DNA of 64,000 nucleotides from Eledone cirrhosa (lineage: Eukaryota), in assembly GCA_964016885.1 (NCBI GenBank), contig OZ024741.1, positions 78,492,001 to 78,556,000 on the forward strand, read 5' to 3'. How positions within the stretch are numbered: position 1 is the first letter of the stretch; every line of letters starts with the position of its first letter. Below the pieces are notes generated by a model that did no database searches, was not told where the DNA came from, and worked only from the letters and a program-made list of their open reading frames with translations. The translations under genes and the position numbers were made by a program. Positions 45,955-58,900 of the stretch are shown piece by piece.

Positions 45955-46380
45955 CCAACAACAGTAATGATAGCAGCAATAATAACAACAACAACAACAG
46001 TGATAATAGCAGCAATAACAACAACAACAACAGTGATAATAGCAGGAACAACAAAAACAACAACAACAGCAACAACAGTGATAATAGCAGGAGGAACAAC
46101 AACAACAACAGTGATAATAGCAGGAACAACAACAACAACATCAACAACAACAGTGATAATAGCAGGAGGAACAACAACAACAACAGCAACAACAGTGATA
46201 ATAGCAGGAAGAAGAAGAAGAAGAAGAAGAAGAAGAAGAAGAAGAACAACAACAACAACAGTGATAATAGCAGGAGGAACAACAACAACAGCAACAACAG
46301 TGATAATAGCAGGAGGAACAACAACAACAGCAATAGCAGGAGGAACAACAACAACAGCAATAGCAGGAGGAACAAGAGGA
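45955..46380. repeat. Compound micro/minisatellite (ACA)n-GTGATAATAGCAGGA with a (GAA)n block
   Basis: Repeated GTGATAATAGCAGG(AGG)A(ACA)n units. Confidence 0.9.
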
Positions 46381-46789
46381 AGACAATAAGTTTGTCATTG
46401 TATACATTTTTGACAGATGACACAAATCTGCTGACTATCCTTGTTTTCCTCCCGCATAGTGACATCATTTGTTGTTCAATTCTAACTCTCACATCTATTT
46501 CCTCCATCTTTCTTTTCTCTTTCTATTTATCTGTCTCTGAGGTCTTCAGGTGCATTCTTCTCTGTGTCATTGGAAACATCTGTTTGGTTTGTTGGTCATT
46601 AGTGAAAGGGTGAGTAGGAACTTCATGGGATAGGTAACACTTCAGGCATTGATAAAAATGTATAAATATTCAATCAGTACCTCACACATGTGCACACACA
46701 CACACACATCATCATCATCATCATCATCATCATTTCATTTTACGTCCACTTTTCCCTGCTTGCAAGGGTGGGACAGGAAATATATATAT

Positions 46790-47455
46790 GCAGTATTAGA
46801 TGTAGTTAAGACTGAGTCATATATCCTGATGGGAGATGTCAATGCATATGTTGGCACTGACCATCTGACATAGAAAGGAGTGATTGGAAGGAACAGCGAC
46901 TTCAATCTAAATATGAATGGAAAGGTCTTATAGACATCTGTTCTAGCAATAGACTCTCTATTATGAACACCACCTTCCAGCACAGAGACATCCATAAATA
47001 TACATGGTTTGGGTGGAATCAGAGACAGAGATCAATAATTGATTTTATTATTGTTTCTGATTTCTTCAATTCTGTGCTGGATGTCCATGTTAAGAGAGGA
47101 GCTGAGCTGTCAACTAATCACCATCTAGTTATCCTCAACTTAAGACTACCTAAAACCTCAGAAGCCCACAAAACTATCCAAACACAAATACTCGGGCATT
47201 TATATAGAGACTTCAGGGCAATAAGAAGCTGTCCATTGATCCCATACTCTTACAGAATCTTCAACAACAGGCCACATTGTGAATATTTGGTTGGCTGTGC
47301 TGTGTCTGAGGTGAAAACCACACTGTTCGTCAGCTAGCTTGAACTCAACAATATCCCTACATCTCTTTGCTAGGCATTTACCATAGACTTTACTGGGGTA
47401 GCTTAATAAGGAGATATTGGCACCACACCAAGCCACTTTTATCTGCAGCACCTAA
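46790..47455. pseudogene. RTE fragments: APE (+, about 46790-47160) and RT (-, about 47200-47451)
   Basis: MGDVNA, NTTFQH..HKYTW, IDF, NHHLV; ISLLS.PSKVY, EQCGF..ST.NQIF. Confidence 0.7.
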
Positions 47456-47599
47456 CAGCTGAAGCAGAAACTGCTAAGCTGAACAGTATTCACTCTGTTT
47501 CAACATTCTCAGTTTGCTCAGGGAGTTCTCTGAATTTGGATGCAACAGTATCTGCATATCTGGTCTTGATCCTGAAATAAGTAAACAACAGGACAAAAT

Positions 47600-48010
47600 T
47601 GCCACCATGCAAGCTAAAACCATCAAGCAATTAGTGAAAATGCAAGTTCAAGAATAATTAGAAGACAGGTGGGGATAAAAAGCCTCTACCTGGATAGAAT
47701 GTACTCTGAAGCAAAGATGCTGATGTAGACTAGAAAATAACCCAGGTCTTAAAAAATAGTGCAGACCCAAAATACAGGAATTGTGATTAATATGAAACAA
47801 TAGATCATCTTATTTTTGGCAGTCCAGTACTGACCCCAAATGAGTATCAGAACAACAATAACAGTAGGTCAATACCTGCACTGGAAGCTATACAACAACT
47901 AGAAAAGAAAATAATCAACTGGTAAGAACACCACTCAGAGCCAGTAATGGAAACAGGAAATGTAACAAAATATTGGGATTTCCCAGTTAGGATAGGAAAC
48001 AGATTAGATA
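47600..48010 (+). mobile_element. Highly degenerate Dong/R4-type fragment
   Basis: ETIDHL, VGQYLHW and WDFP remnants similar to 35740-36140. Confidence 0.55.
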
Positions 48011-48179
48011 TCAGTCTGTAAAGTACAGGGACAATAAAAACATTAAATTAATTGTTATGAGGTGACATATTATCAAAGGCATTTATTCCAGCTATGACCA
48101 AGTCACCTTTTCCTATATTTATGTTAACATTGTCTAAAGTGTCCTTCCATTTTTTTTGTCCAATGTTTTAAATAATAAT

Positions 48180-48365
48180 TGTTTCTACATTTGGCACAAG
48201 GCCAGCAATTACCCAGTACATTACTGGTATTTTATTTTATCGACCCCGTAAGGATGAAAGGCAAAGTTAACCTCGGCGGGATTTGAACTCAGATTGGAAA
48301 GGGCCGTAACTCTATGCGTCAAAGCATGGCGTCCGACCCTCTACCGATACTGCCAATCCACCACC
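48180..48365 (-). mobile_element. Deu/Nin-type SINE between TAA tracts
   Basis: Reverse match to 17714-17902. Confidence 0.88.
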
Positions 48366-48390
48366 CTCAATAATAATAATAATACTAATG

Positions 48391-51300
48391 ATTTCATTTA
48401 TTGGCCACAAGGGCTGACATGTAGGGGACAATACAAAGACAGGGACAGTGGGGGTTTACAATAAGGTTGAGTAAAAGTGCACAATGGCAAGACCCAGGGG
48501 TGACTCAGGTACCCCACCAATCCTGAACCACCCTGTGCTTCTAGGGTACCCAGGGAGAGCACCCCTCTCCTCAAGTTAGCTAGCCTATAGGCGCATGGTC
48601 AGAGTAGGCCCATTCACACGGGCCATTCTCGCCCCATTCATCCACCTTTTAGCAACTGTACTGGGGGGAAGCACTTCTCTCTCCACCCTCACCTTCCTTT
48701 CCAGGTGAAACTTGAAGAAGTTGATGGGGGATTGGCCAAAGAGAAAAGTGTCTGTCTTCAGTCTTTTCAATCTGGTCCACCATATAACCTCTTTCGCAAC
48801 TGCCACCAGACAGAGGAAAATTGTCTGCTCTTCCTGACCAAAGGAAGGCGGCGGGTCAATCTTCACTATGGACTCGGCAGATAGCCGGATCCATTCTACA
48901 TGCGACAGCAGCTGTTCAACATAACTCCACAAGTCAGTAATACATGGACATTGGACAAGTGCATGCAGAACGGTTTCGTTGTTCTGTGCGCATCTTGGGC
49001 AGGTCCATCTGACAGCATTTTCCGTGCCTGTAGAGTTTGTCCCGAACTGGCAGTGCCCTCCGGTAGCACTGCCAAGTGAGGGATTTCTGGAAATTGTCCA
49101 TCGTCTCCAGCTCGAAAGTCCTCTGGAACAGACTGGTCAGTTCGACTTCGTCAAGGCCCAAAGCCTCTCCGAGTGCGTCATTGCACTTGCCCACCACTAA
49201 TCCTCTTTAGAACTCGAGAAACTCGAGAGTGGAAGTTCCCCTGATCGCATTAACCGCTTGGTAGAGGGCAGTGAGTGCCTGGAAACATTCCAGGTGCCAG
49301 CCATCCAGTCTCGGTCTCTTCTTGACCCAGGACTGCAGCTCAGTCAAAGAAATGAGCTGATAAATGGCGACCATACCTGTTCACCGTTTAGGCAGAATAT
49401 CTGGAGATGTCTCAGCCTCAGTGCATGTCTGTGGATCATTAGTCACTGCATGCCCAGCCCTCCGTGTAGAGGGTGCTGGCAGCAGATGGACCGCCTCACT
49501 AACAGAACTTGTCTTCTCCACAAGAATTTGAAGAGGAGCCGTTCCAACTTGACGAGGCGTGGACGGGGGCAAGGCACGACGGTCAGGCGGTAGTAGATGA
49601 CGGATGCGATGTACGCATTCGCCACCTCCGTGCGACCTTTCAGTGATAGCTTCCTCGCAGCCCATTATTTGGGTGAGACTGGCTACCCCGTCCCAATTCT
49701 TATGCACCTGGAGGTCTGACCCGAACCAAACCCCGAGCAACTTTACCAGTCCGTCCGTCCAGCACCCAATGATGCTGTTGGATGGCATGGACTTGCCTCT
49801 CCAGGTGCCGAGTTGCAAGCCCACCAACTTTTCCAGGTTAAGTTTTGCTCCCATCAACCTTTCATATTCCTCCAATAAGTTGCCGGCCACCTCGATTTCT
49901 GAGGTGTCTGACACCATCATGGTGATGTCGTCTGCATAAGCTGACACAGCCCTTCCACGTCCCGGTTTGAGTGGGATGCCCGTAAACAGCTCCAGCTTCC
50001 GCAGTAAAGGCTCAAGAGTCAATACATACAGAAGGGAAGAGAGAAGGCACCCTTGAAGGACCAATCGGGAGAGCCGAAATGGTTCCGAGAGGTGGCCATT
50101 AAACTTGACCACCAAGCATGTGCTGCTGTGCATTGCAGCGATCCAGCTTCTGAAGACAGGGCCGAAGCCAGCTGCTTTGAGGACAGCCTCCAGATACCGA
50201 TGGTCGACCCTATCGAATGCTTTCGATTGATCTAAATTGATCAGTGCCCCACCGAAGCCAGATTTACACCCTATCCTCTCTCTGATGTATCGCTTGAGGT
50301 GGAGTTGTCGTGTATAGACCTGGCTGGGATTGCGCAAGTTTGTGCCTCCCCAACCAAATCCTTGACGACAAGCGCCAATCTCTTTGCTAACACCTTGGCC
50401 AAAATCTTAAACTCTGTGTTGAGCAGAGTTATGAGCCTGAAGTTGTCTAATGTATCCCTCTTGTTCTTGTCTTTCCTTATCAGCGTCACCACTCCCCTGC
50501 TCACAGAACTGGGAATACTCCCATTCTGCTGTCAGTTACAGTAGAGCACTTCGAGAAGATCGGAGAACAAGTCTGGCATATTTACATAAAGCTTGTAGGG
50601 CAGGCCATCCAAACTGGGTGACTTGCACCTCATGCAGCCGACAAGGGTGTCCTGAATTTCGGCTGAAGTAATCGACCTTTTGCAGCGCTCAGTGTTGACC
50701 GTCGAGATGTGCAGCAAGCCGTCAAGGTAGGGACTGAAATCTGCTACTCTCTCTGACCCACCACTCTCCCCGAACAACCGAGCAAAGCGCTGGCGAAAGG
50801 CCTCACACATCTGCTTGGAATCGCTTATCTCATGTCCATCTCGGTTTGCCAAAGACCAAATTGTGGTTTTATTATCACGGTGCACCTCCGTCAGTTGCAA
50901 TGCCACTACAAATAGCCTCGTCTAACTTATCTACCAGCTCGCCCTCCTTTCTATTTTTCTCTAATGCTAGTTATTTGCTGAACTCTATCGAAGTTACTCT
51001 AATCTCTCTTTTGAGAGCCCCACCACCATCTGTTGTTGATGGTCCCCCTGTCAACTTTTGCTTAACTAAATTGTTGACTCGGTCCTTGTAAGCCTTACGT
51101 GCCAGAAATGACATGTTCAGCTTCCAGTAACCTGGTCCCAACCTCCGCGTTTTATCTAGGTCGACCATACAGATCACAAATTTGTGACCTGAATAGCTGA
51201 CCGTTTTAAAAGGTGGGCAGCCTACACTATTTCTATCTATTTTCCTAATGAAGATCCTGTCTATATACAATCTAGATGACCCTATGCGGTTGGTCCACGT

Positions 51301-53340
51301 CCACACTGGCGCATTGGGGAAATCTAGTTGATATCTGTCAGACAGTTGGAACTGACTGATTAGGTGCTTGAGGCTGTTGCACCCCCCCCCCCCCTCCTAT
51401 TAGCTACTCCCACACAATCCCAGCGTGCGTCTAAGATGTTGTTCCAGTCCCCCGCTAACAGTAGAGGGCGAGATGTACCCAGAAAGGTTTCCAGGCACCT
51501 AAACAAGTCTGGTCGTCCGGACCCAGTAGGGGCGTAGACGGCCAGCAGTCTAAAGGCACCACCTTTGCTACTGCTCACATCCAGGACCACCAACTTACCG
51601 TCCGGGTCCCGAAAGATCAACCTTACCTCGAGATCCAGGCCTTTCCTAAACAGCACTGCCACCCCACCTCCCATTCCCGGCCTGCTAACAGATGCGAAGA
51701 TCTGATAGTCATCGAAAATGGGGGCTAGTGCATGCGTGTCGAAAATTCCGGTCTCGCTGACGGCAATCACAACCATTTCCAGAGACCTGAGGTCATTGAG
51801 CAGGCGACCCTGCTTCCAGGGTGACCCCAGGCCGCGAACATTTAAACTTCCTATTCTTAATATGGCCATGTTGGCAAGCTAAAAGAGAGAGGGAAGGTTT
51901 ACTTACCTCCCGGGGTCTTGTGAAGGTCGGGTGGTTCGACCTCCATGGTTGGTGGGGTTTCTTTTGGGAACCCCTTTAAAAGTCTTGATGTGGGTTTCAC
52001 ATTCGGGGTTCCTACGTCTTGAGGAAAGCTCTCCCGAATTTCTTTGAAAGAATCGAGCGACATTCGGACCAGAAGCAAATCTTCCGGCACGCAAAATTTG
52101 CTCATTTCAAAGATCTCCCTCTCTGTTTGAATGTCCTCGCTTCGTGCTAAGAGGGCCATCAGTTTATCGTTGGCCCTTCTGACAAGCACAAAGTTTTTAA
52201 TATTTTGTTGGTGTGGTTTTATTTGTTTTCGTCTTGGTGACTGTGGTGGTGATGGTTTTGGTGGTGTTGTTTCGAGTATGTGTGTGTTTGTTGTAGGTGT
52301 GGTGTCTGCAATTTCAAGTGTCTGTGAGTTTATTTGTTCTTGTGTTCGTTTAGGTTGTTTGCATTTTGGGGATTGTGGGGGTGGTGTTGATGTTGATGGT
52401 GCTGATGTTATTGGGAAAGTGTTTGCGTTAGTGGTGTCTGTATTTTTTGTTGTGTATGTTTTTGTGTTTTGTTGGGGCTTTTTTTTTTTGATGAGTTTTC
52501 TCTTTTGTTTTTTGGCACTTTTGGGTTTTCCTTCATCTTCACTGCTGGAAGATAATGGGTCTGTGGATGTGAATGTATCTGTGTCTGTGTGTGCATTTAT
52601 TGTTTTGTCTATGTGTCTAATTGGAGGGGTAGGGGGAGTGGAGAGCTTTCCTCATTTTCCCCTTGGATTGGTTTCGGTGTTGGTGGTGGTCCGGCTGTTT
52701 TTGATGTTGGTGGGGTTACCCGTATCTTTGTTGGAATTGTTTTTGGTGGTGGTGGTGCAGCTTTCTGTGCTGATACTGGCATTGGCAACAAAGGAGGTTT
52801 GGGACCCCCTGCATTTTTGAGCTGAGCGCAGAAGGCTTGCAGATGCATTGCTTCCCTGCAGACGAAGCAGTGCGGCCTTCTTGCCTCAGTGATTAATTGG
52901 ATTGTTGTCCCGCCCTGCAGGTGGGCAAAATCTGGGATGTTGTTGATGTCCTCTAGTTTCATTTGGAGAAGAATCTCCAAATCCATTCCGGACCAGTCTT
53001 CTCTCTCTGTCCTTTTGATATCTAGGAGAGTAGTGCCTGTCCCCTCCTCGATTACACATCCCAGGAGCCACCATATGTTCATTCCTGGTGGGATCCTGGG
53101 AATGCGGACCTTTACTGTCCTTTTGCCCATGTAGGGTGGGTGCATGATAATGCATTCCATTCTGCAGGGGATCACTGAGTGCTTAATAGCAAGGGCCTCG
53201 GTTTTGAACAGTACCGAGATGGTACCGAACTGCTTGGCCCTTGCTTTGTACTCAATGTCACTTCCGATAGACCTCAAAGCAACCTCGACCTCCCTTGACT
53301 GTCGAGTTCTACTTTGCGTGTCTGCACTGAAATGCATCGA
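48391..53340 (-). mobile_element. Near full-length Tx1 subfamily C LINE
   Basis: ORF1 with CFVCREAMHLQAFC; ORF2 from 51869 (SLNVRG, VYAP, GDWN), YADD at about 49930; 3' CCCTTGTGGCCAATAAA then (TTA)n. Confidence 0.92.
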
Positions 53341-54085
53341 AAGCTACAGAAGGAATGCTACTGGCTGCACAGGAGCAAGCCCTCAGAACGAAGTGGATGA
53401 AACACCATACTGACAAGGAGGAAGCTAGCCCACTCTGTAGGATCTCTGGAGAGAAAGAGGAAACTATGGCTCACATTGTATCCGAGTGTAAACACCTAGC
53501 CCAGACTCACTATAAAGGATGGAAGCATGATATGATATGAAAGGTGATTCACTGGCATTTATGCAAACTAAATAATTTACCACATTCTGAGAAGTGGTAT
53601 GAGCATAAGTCAGAGTTGGTGATTGAAAACAATCGAGTAAAGGTGCTATGAGATTTTAGGATACAGATGGACAAGAAATTAGAACACAATAAGCCTGACC
53701 TGGTAGTTTTTGACAAGGAAAAAGGATCATGCCTGATTGTAAATGTAGTCTGCCCCTTTGAGACAAGAGTGCAAGAAAAGGAGAGAGAGAAAATTAACTG
53801 ATATCAGGATTTAAAGTGGGAATTTAAAAGGATTTGGGACTGTCATGGGATCAAGGTCGTCTCTATTGTCATAGGAGCACTAGGTACTATCTAAAAGAGT
53901 TTTCAAGGATGATAAAGAACACTAGTCCAGCCCCGTTTTTTGGAACACTTCAAAAGGTATGCTTTCTGGGAACAGAAAGAACCCTCTGATACATCATGAA
54001 CATCTGAGGCTGCAGGTAGCGTCTTCATGTTCATTTGAACAAACTTTCCAGTTAAATAACATCAATGACTGAGACTCTAAGAAAA
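53341..54085 (+). mobile_element. Dong/R4-type LINE 3' part
   Basis: TEGMLLAAQEQAL, CRI...ETMAHIVSEC, KHD, KPD; (TAA)n tail. Confidence 0.85.
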
Positions 54086-54336
54086 TAATAATAATAATAA
54101 ACTTAAAAATAAAAAAAATGCTGAAAAGAAATTGAAAAAAACCCCCACAATTACAAAATAAAACTACCCTCTATCATCATCATCATCTTCACGCCACCAC
54201 CATTATTTAATAAGGTCTATGTTGTTATTTAGCCCTGAGTCAGCTCTAATGAAAGGTGCTGCCTATTATTTTCAACTAATTTTGAAAATAATCAAGAATT
54301 TGTAGGGATATAGTAATATAACTTTCTCATTAGATA

Positions 54337-54729
54337 CAAGGGTAATCCCAAAAGTAAGGTCTCCAAAGTGATGGGGACGCAGAGAAACTGTTCGTACGGC
54401 TGTTGGCAACACTGTTGTGATTGGTGCTTCCTTCACTCCCAAACAAGCATGCGCACGCTTCGCTGGGATGCTCAATCTTGGCTTGGCAGCCATTGAGAAT
54501 GGAGCTCCCGTTGAATGCTACCGCCAAGTGCAATTTCGCGCAGTTATTATATACAAGGGCAATCCCAAAAGTAAGGTCTCCTTCTGAGGAAAACAGGCGT
54601 AAAGATCGGTGGATCACTTTGGATGCTCTCTGCATTTTGGTTCCTGAGGTTTCCCAAAGCACCATCCACAGGATTTTAACGGAAAAGTTGCAATATCGGA
54701 AGGAGACCTTACTTTTAGGATTGCCCTTG
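54337..54729 (+). mobile_element. Mariner-derived non-autonomous element(s): two left TIRs (54337, 54554) and one right TIR (54702-54729)
   Basis: TA-CAAGGG(T/C)AATCCCAAAAGTAAGGTCTCC...GGAGACCTTACTTTTAGGATTGCCCTTG-TA; transposase pieces MELPLNATAKC and RWITLD..VSQSTIHRILTEKLQYRK. Confidence 0.85.
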
Positions 54730-55284
54730 TATCTGGTGTTTGGAACATGACTTAGCAAAGATTGTTACTTAAAATTATAATTGAAGTTTTTAGATAAATA
54801 AAAATAAATAGCTTTGTATCACAGCATCAAGAGTGTTTCAGGCAGCTTGGTATGACAAAGGTTAAGGGAGTATAGAGGGTGATCTGAGGGAAACATGGCT
54901 GCTATTTTTAGCGAGCCTAGCGACCATGTAGTGACATCCCATCTTCTTGTGTGTTTATATGTTATGTGTGTATGTATGTGTATCTGTATGAATGTGGGTT
55001 TATGTGTATGTGTGTGTATGTGTGTGAGTGAGTGAGAGTGGTGGAGCTGACACTATAAAAATAAATAGCTTTGAGGTTATTTTTTTAGGAATGGTACTTA
55101 GCTCTATAATTGAACTTGAGTCACTGACATGTCTCTTCCTGGTTCACTTCTAAGTTCATAAATTCCACTTCAGAAAATGGTACAGCACACAATAGCTTCA
55201 GCTAAAAAGTTTCAATCTCATTTGAGGCTAATTTTGTTGTCCTTGTTGTTATTAATATTAATATCATTGTTGCTGTTGTCATTA

Positions 55285-55862
55285 TCGGTAGAGTGTCGGT
55301 TAATATGCTTTGCAGTATAGAGTTACGGCCTTTTACGTTCTGAGTTCAAATTCTGCTGAGGCTAGCTTTGCCTTTCATCCTTATGGGGCTGATAAAATAA
55401 GGTGCCAGGCACGCACTGGGGTCGATTTAATTGACTTTCCCCTCACCCAAAATTGCTGGCCTTGTGCCTATATAACAAACCATTGGCAGTTTCGGTAGAG
55501 GGTCGGACGCCATGCTTTCCAGCATAGAGTTACGTCCCTGAGTTCAAAGGTTAACTTTGCCTTTCATCCTTACGGGGGTCAATAAAATAAAGTACCAGTA
55601 ATGTACTGGGTAATTGCTGCCTTGTGCTAAAAGTAGAAACAATTATTATTGTTGTTGGCGGGAGATTGGCAATATCGATAGAGCATCAGAGACCATGCTT
55701 CGCAGCATAGAGTTATAGCTCTTTACGGTCTGAGTTCCAATCCCGTTGAAGTAAGCTTTGTCTTTCATCCTTACAGAGTAAAAATATAAAGGACTTTTTA
55801 TGCATTGAGGTTGATTTAATCAACTTTCCCTTTCCCTTTGTCCCAAAAGTAGAAACAATTAT
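55285..55862 (+). mobile_element. Three tandem Deu/Nin-type SINE copies
   Basis: Repeated GAGTTC(A)AA, (G)CTTTCATCCTT and CTTGTGC..AGAAAC-type tails. Confidence 0.75.
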
Positions 55863-56769
55863 TATTTCACTCCCTTAACTGATTTATCTTCTGTATTGAA
55901 CCCCCTTGACTGATTCAACTTCCCTGCTAAATCCTTGCACCCCAACACTCTCCTAACCCAGGAAAGCCTGGTATAACCCCAAATCACAGACACCACCCAC
56001 CCCGCAACATGCCCCAAGCAGTATATAAATGCTCCCTTTTTAGGTCATCAAGGGAAGCTGGGCACTACCAGGACACCCTCCTCCTCCAGCAATGAAATGC
56101 TGGATTCCAGTCTCAATCAAGCCAAAACAAAGCATATGAGCTGGACATAGTCACTTGACCAGTCTGGCCTCAGTATGTGGCAGCCATCTAACCCTGACAA
56201 GCATGGAAAATAGATGTTAAACAGTGATGATGATGATGAAGTTTAGGCAGTGGATTTTCAAAATTGTTCGAGTGTTGCAGAAAGATATTTTGTGCTATTT
56301 AGTTATGGGCCTTTACATTCTGCAGTCAATTCCCCCAGGGTCAACTTTACCTTTTACTTTTCCTAAGTACCACTCAAGTACTGGGGGTTGATATAATCAG
56401 CTATACGTTTTCAATAAACATTGTGGTTTTGTGTTTTTATTAACCTTATGCTCCAAAACTTGCTTATTTTCATTACAAGGGATTTATTTTCTAATAGTTT
56501 TTCAACTTCTTTATGTGCAATGTTTGGGTTAGAAAAGATATCTATCAGATTACATGAATTTAAATTCCTGTCATTGCTTATGATATCTAGATGGTTCACT
56601 TTGATATTTTTGTAGTGTTTTTCTAAGTATTGAACCTGTGCAGCTCAAATCACACCTGCTTCTGTTTTTAGCTCAGAGATTTTCACCTATTGCTGATTTT
56701 CTTCCTGGCTTAACTTGGTTGAATCTTACATAGGGTTTTCTTTGCATTTTTTCCTTTAATATGGACTAA

Positions 56770-57325
56770 TCATCATCATCATCGTTTAACGTCTATCTTC
56801 CACGCTAGCATAGCTTAGACGGGAATTGTCCCACTTGAGGCAAGATTGATCGGGTGACCGTGTCACACTCATATAGGACTGTATCTGGTAGGTTTTCTAC
56901 AGCTGGATGCCCTTCCTAATAACAACCACATTTACAATGTGAACTGGGAGCCTTTTTACAGTGTCTCCTAAATGACGACTTTACAGCATGGACTGGGTGC
57001 TTTTTGTCGTGACACCTACACGACCACTTTAGTGTGGACTGGTTGTTCTGTGGTACCAACATAACTTTATAGAGAAAGGGTGGTGTGGGTGGAAGTGGGA
57101 GGATGGAGTAGGGGTAGTAGGTTGGGGTGTATATTTGGTTAAGAGGTGCCTACTGACTGTAGGTTTAACTTTGTACGTAAGGGAAGGTGGGTCTTCTGTA
57201 TTACTGGGTAGTGCCAAAGGTCTTGATCCAGTGACGTCTTAGAGAGGTGTAAGTGTGCAAGGTCAGATATTATTATGTCGTCCCTGGTTTTTCTGAGTCT
57301 ACCTACTCCGTAGCTTCCATCGTTG
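56770..57325 (-). mobile_element. RTE 3' end (long-UTR subfamily)
   Basis: Reverse similarity to 23340-23880; (CAT)n. Confidence 0.75.
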
Positions 57326-58483
57326 TTTTGTCTTTGTAAAAGCCCTTTTCTCTGGTGTAAATGTCAAAGTATTTCTTTTCTTTTCCTTTCCATCATATTC
57401 CCTTATTACACTAATGGGTCTTCCTTTGATTGTTTTGTAGTGGTTCTGTATTTGTATGAAGTCCCTTCCCCACTGTGTGCAGGTATATCCTATTTCTATT
57501 CACTTTTGAATGCTGGGTTCAAAATTCAGTATGTAGTTTTCTAAATTTTTTATCTAGGCTCTTCAGTTCCTATAACTGTCTATATATTATGTTGTAACTG
57601 TAATTTATGATATATTTCTAGTATTGGCTTTGGTTTAAGATTAGTCTGACTTTTCTGTAATACTTTCTTTTCTCTGTCATTTCTGTGTGTTGTATTTTAT
57701 CAGTTTAATCTACTCATAAGTACTTATATGGGTGGTACTGTTCTAATTATTTGATTTCAGTATCTGTATCTAATCTAATGTTCTCAGTTTTAATTCATTT
57801 GCCTCTTCTTAAAGTAGCTTTGGCACATTTGTCTAGCTCCTTACTAATTTTTATATCTTGGCTGAATTCATGAGTAATTTTTAGTAGATTTTCCACTGTT
57901 TATTGTTTCTTCTAAATAGTTTTAAACCACACACATAGAAGAGGCAGTTTACAAAATGCCTGTAGCATATATAACAATTGGTGGTTTAATTCAGCTCATT
58001 TGTTTAGTGAGAGCTCGACAGAAAATGGAGAGGATAAGGAGTTTACCTGAGATGTTTTTTTTTATCATCACTTTGCCTTGCAGTGGTGTGGTTGTTTTCT
58101 ATTTTGACATGGCTACTCTTTTTTTTAAACTTGCCTTTGTCTATCCTCATAAATAATTTGTCAATACCTCTACAGAAATCACTGTGTACCTCTTCTTTAA
58201 CTGTATAATATTTTTAATTCAGTAGTTAAGTTGGATTTATTCTTTAGTTTTACAGCTTTTCACAACATTATGGTCACTTTGATTGAGATATATCTTAGCT
58301 TCTTTATATTGATATAATGCCAACATTTCATCCTTAGGTGTTTTTAAGCAAAGCCCACTACTCTACTGCCAACATTCTGGTCAGGTCATTGGTTTCAGGA
58401 CACTCTGAACCTACACTCAGGATCCAGCTTCTAAAATAAGGGTCTTGGGCACTGACTAATAATAATAATAATAATAATAATAA

Positions 58484-58900
58484 TTGTTTCTACTTTTGGC
58501 ACAAGGCCAGCAATTACCCAGTATATTACTGGTACTTTATTTTATCGACCCCGTAAGGATGAAAGGCAAAGTTAATAATAATAACAACAGCAACAACAAA
58601 ACAATAATTTCTAGACTAGGTACAAGGCCAGCAAGGGGGGTTGATTACATCAACAGTACTTGATTGCTACTTTATTTAATCAGCCTCAGAAGGATGAGGG
58701 GCAAAGTTGAGCTTGGTAGTATAATGGTTTCTGATTTAGGCACAAGACCAACAATTTTGAAGAAGGGGAAAGTCAATTAAATCAATCCTAGTGTATTACT
58801 GGTACTTTATTTTATTGACCCCAATAAAGTTGAAAGGCAAAGCTAACCTTGGTGGGGTTTGAATTCAGAATGTAACGGAAAATAACTATATGCTGCCTTG
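58484..58900 (-). mobile_element. Cluster of truncated Deu/Nin-type SINEs in (TAA)n
   Basis: TTTCTAC..GGCACAAGGCCAGCAA tails and GATGAAAGGCAAAG cores. Confidence 0.7.

Noticed and set aside
45836-46507. 223-aa Leu-rich membrane-like ORF
   Set aside because: It is the translation of a trinucleotide minisatellite.
57330-58440. Possible host exon or LINE ORF1 remnant
   Set aside because: No recognisable motif or sustained reading frame.
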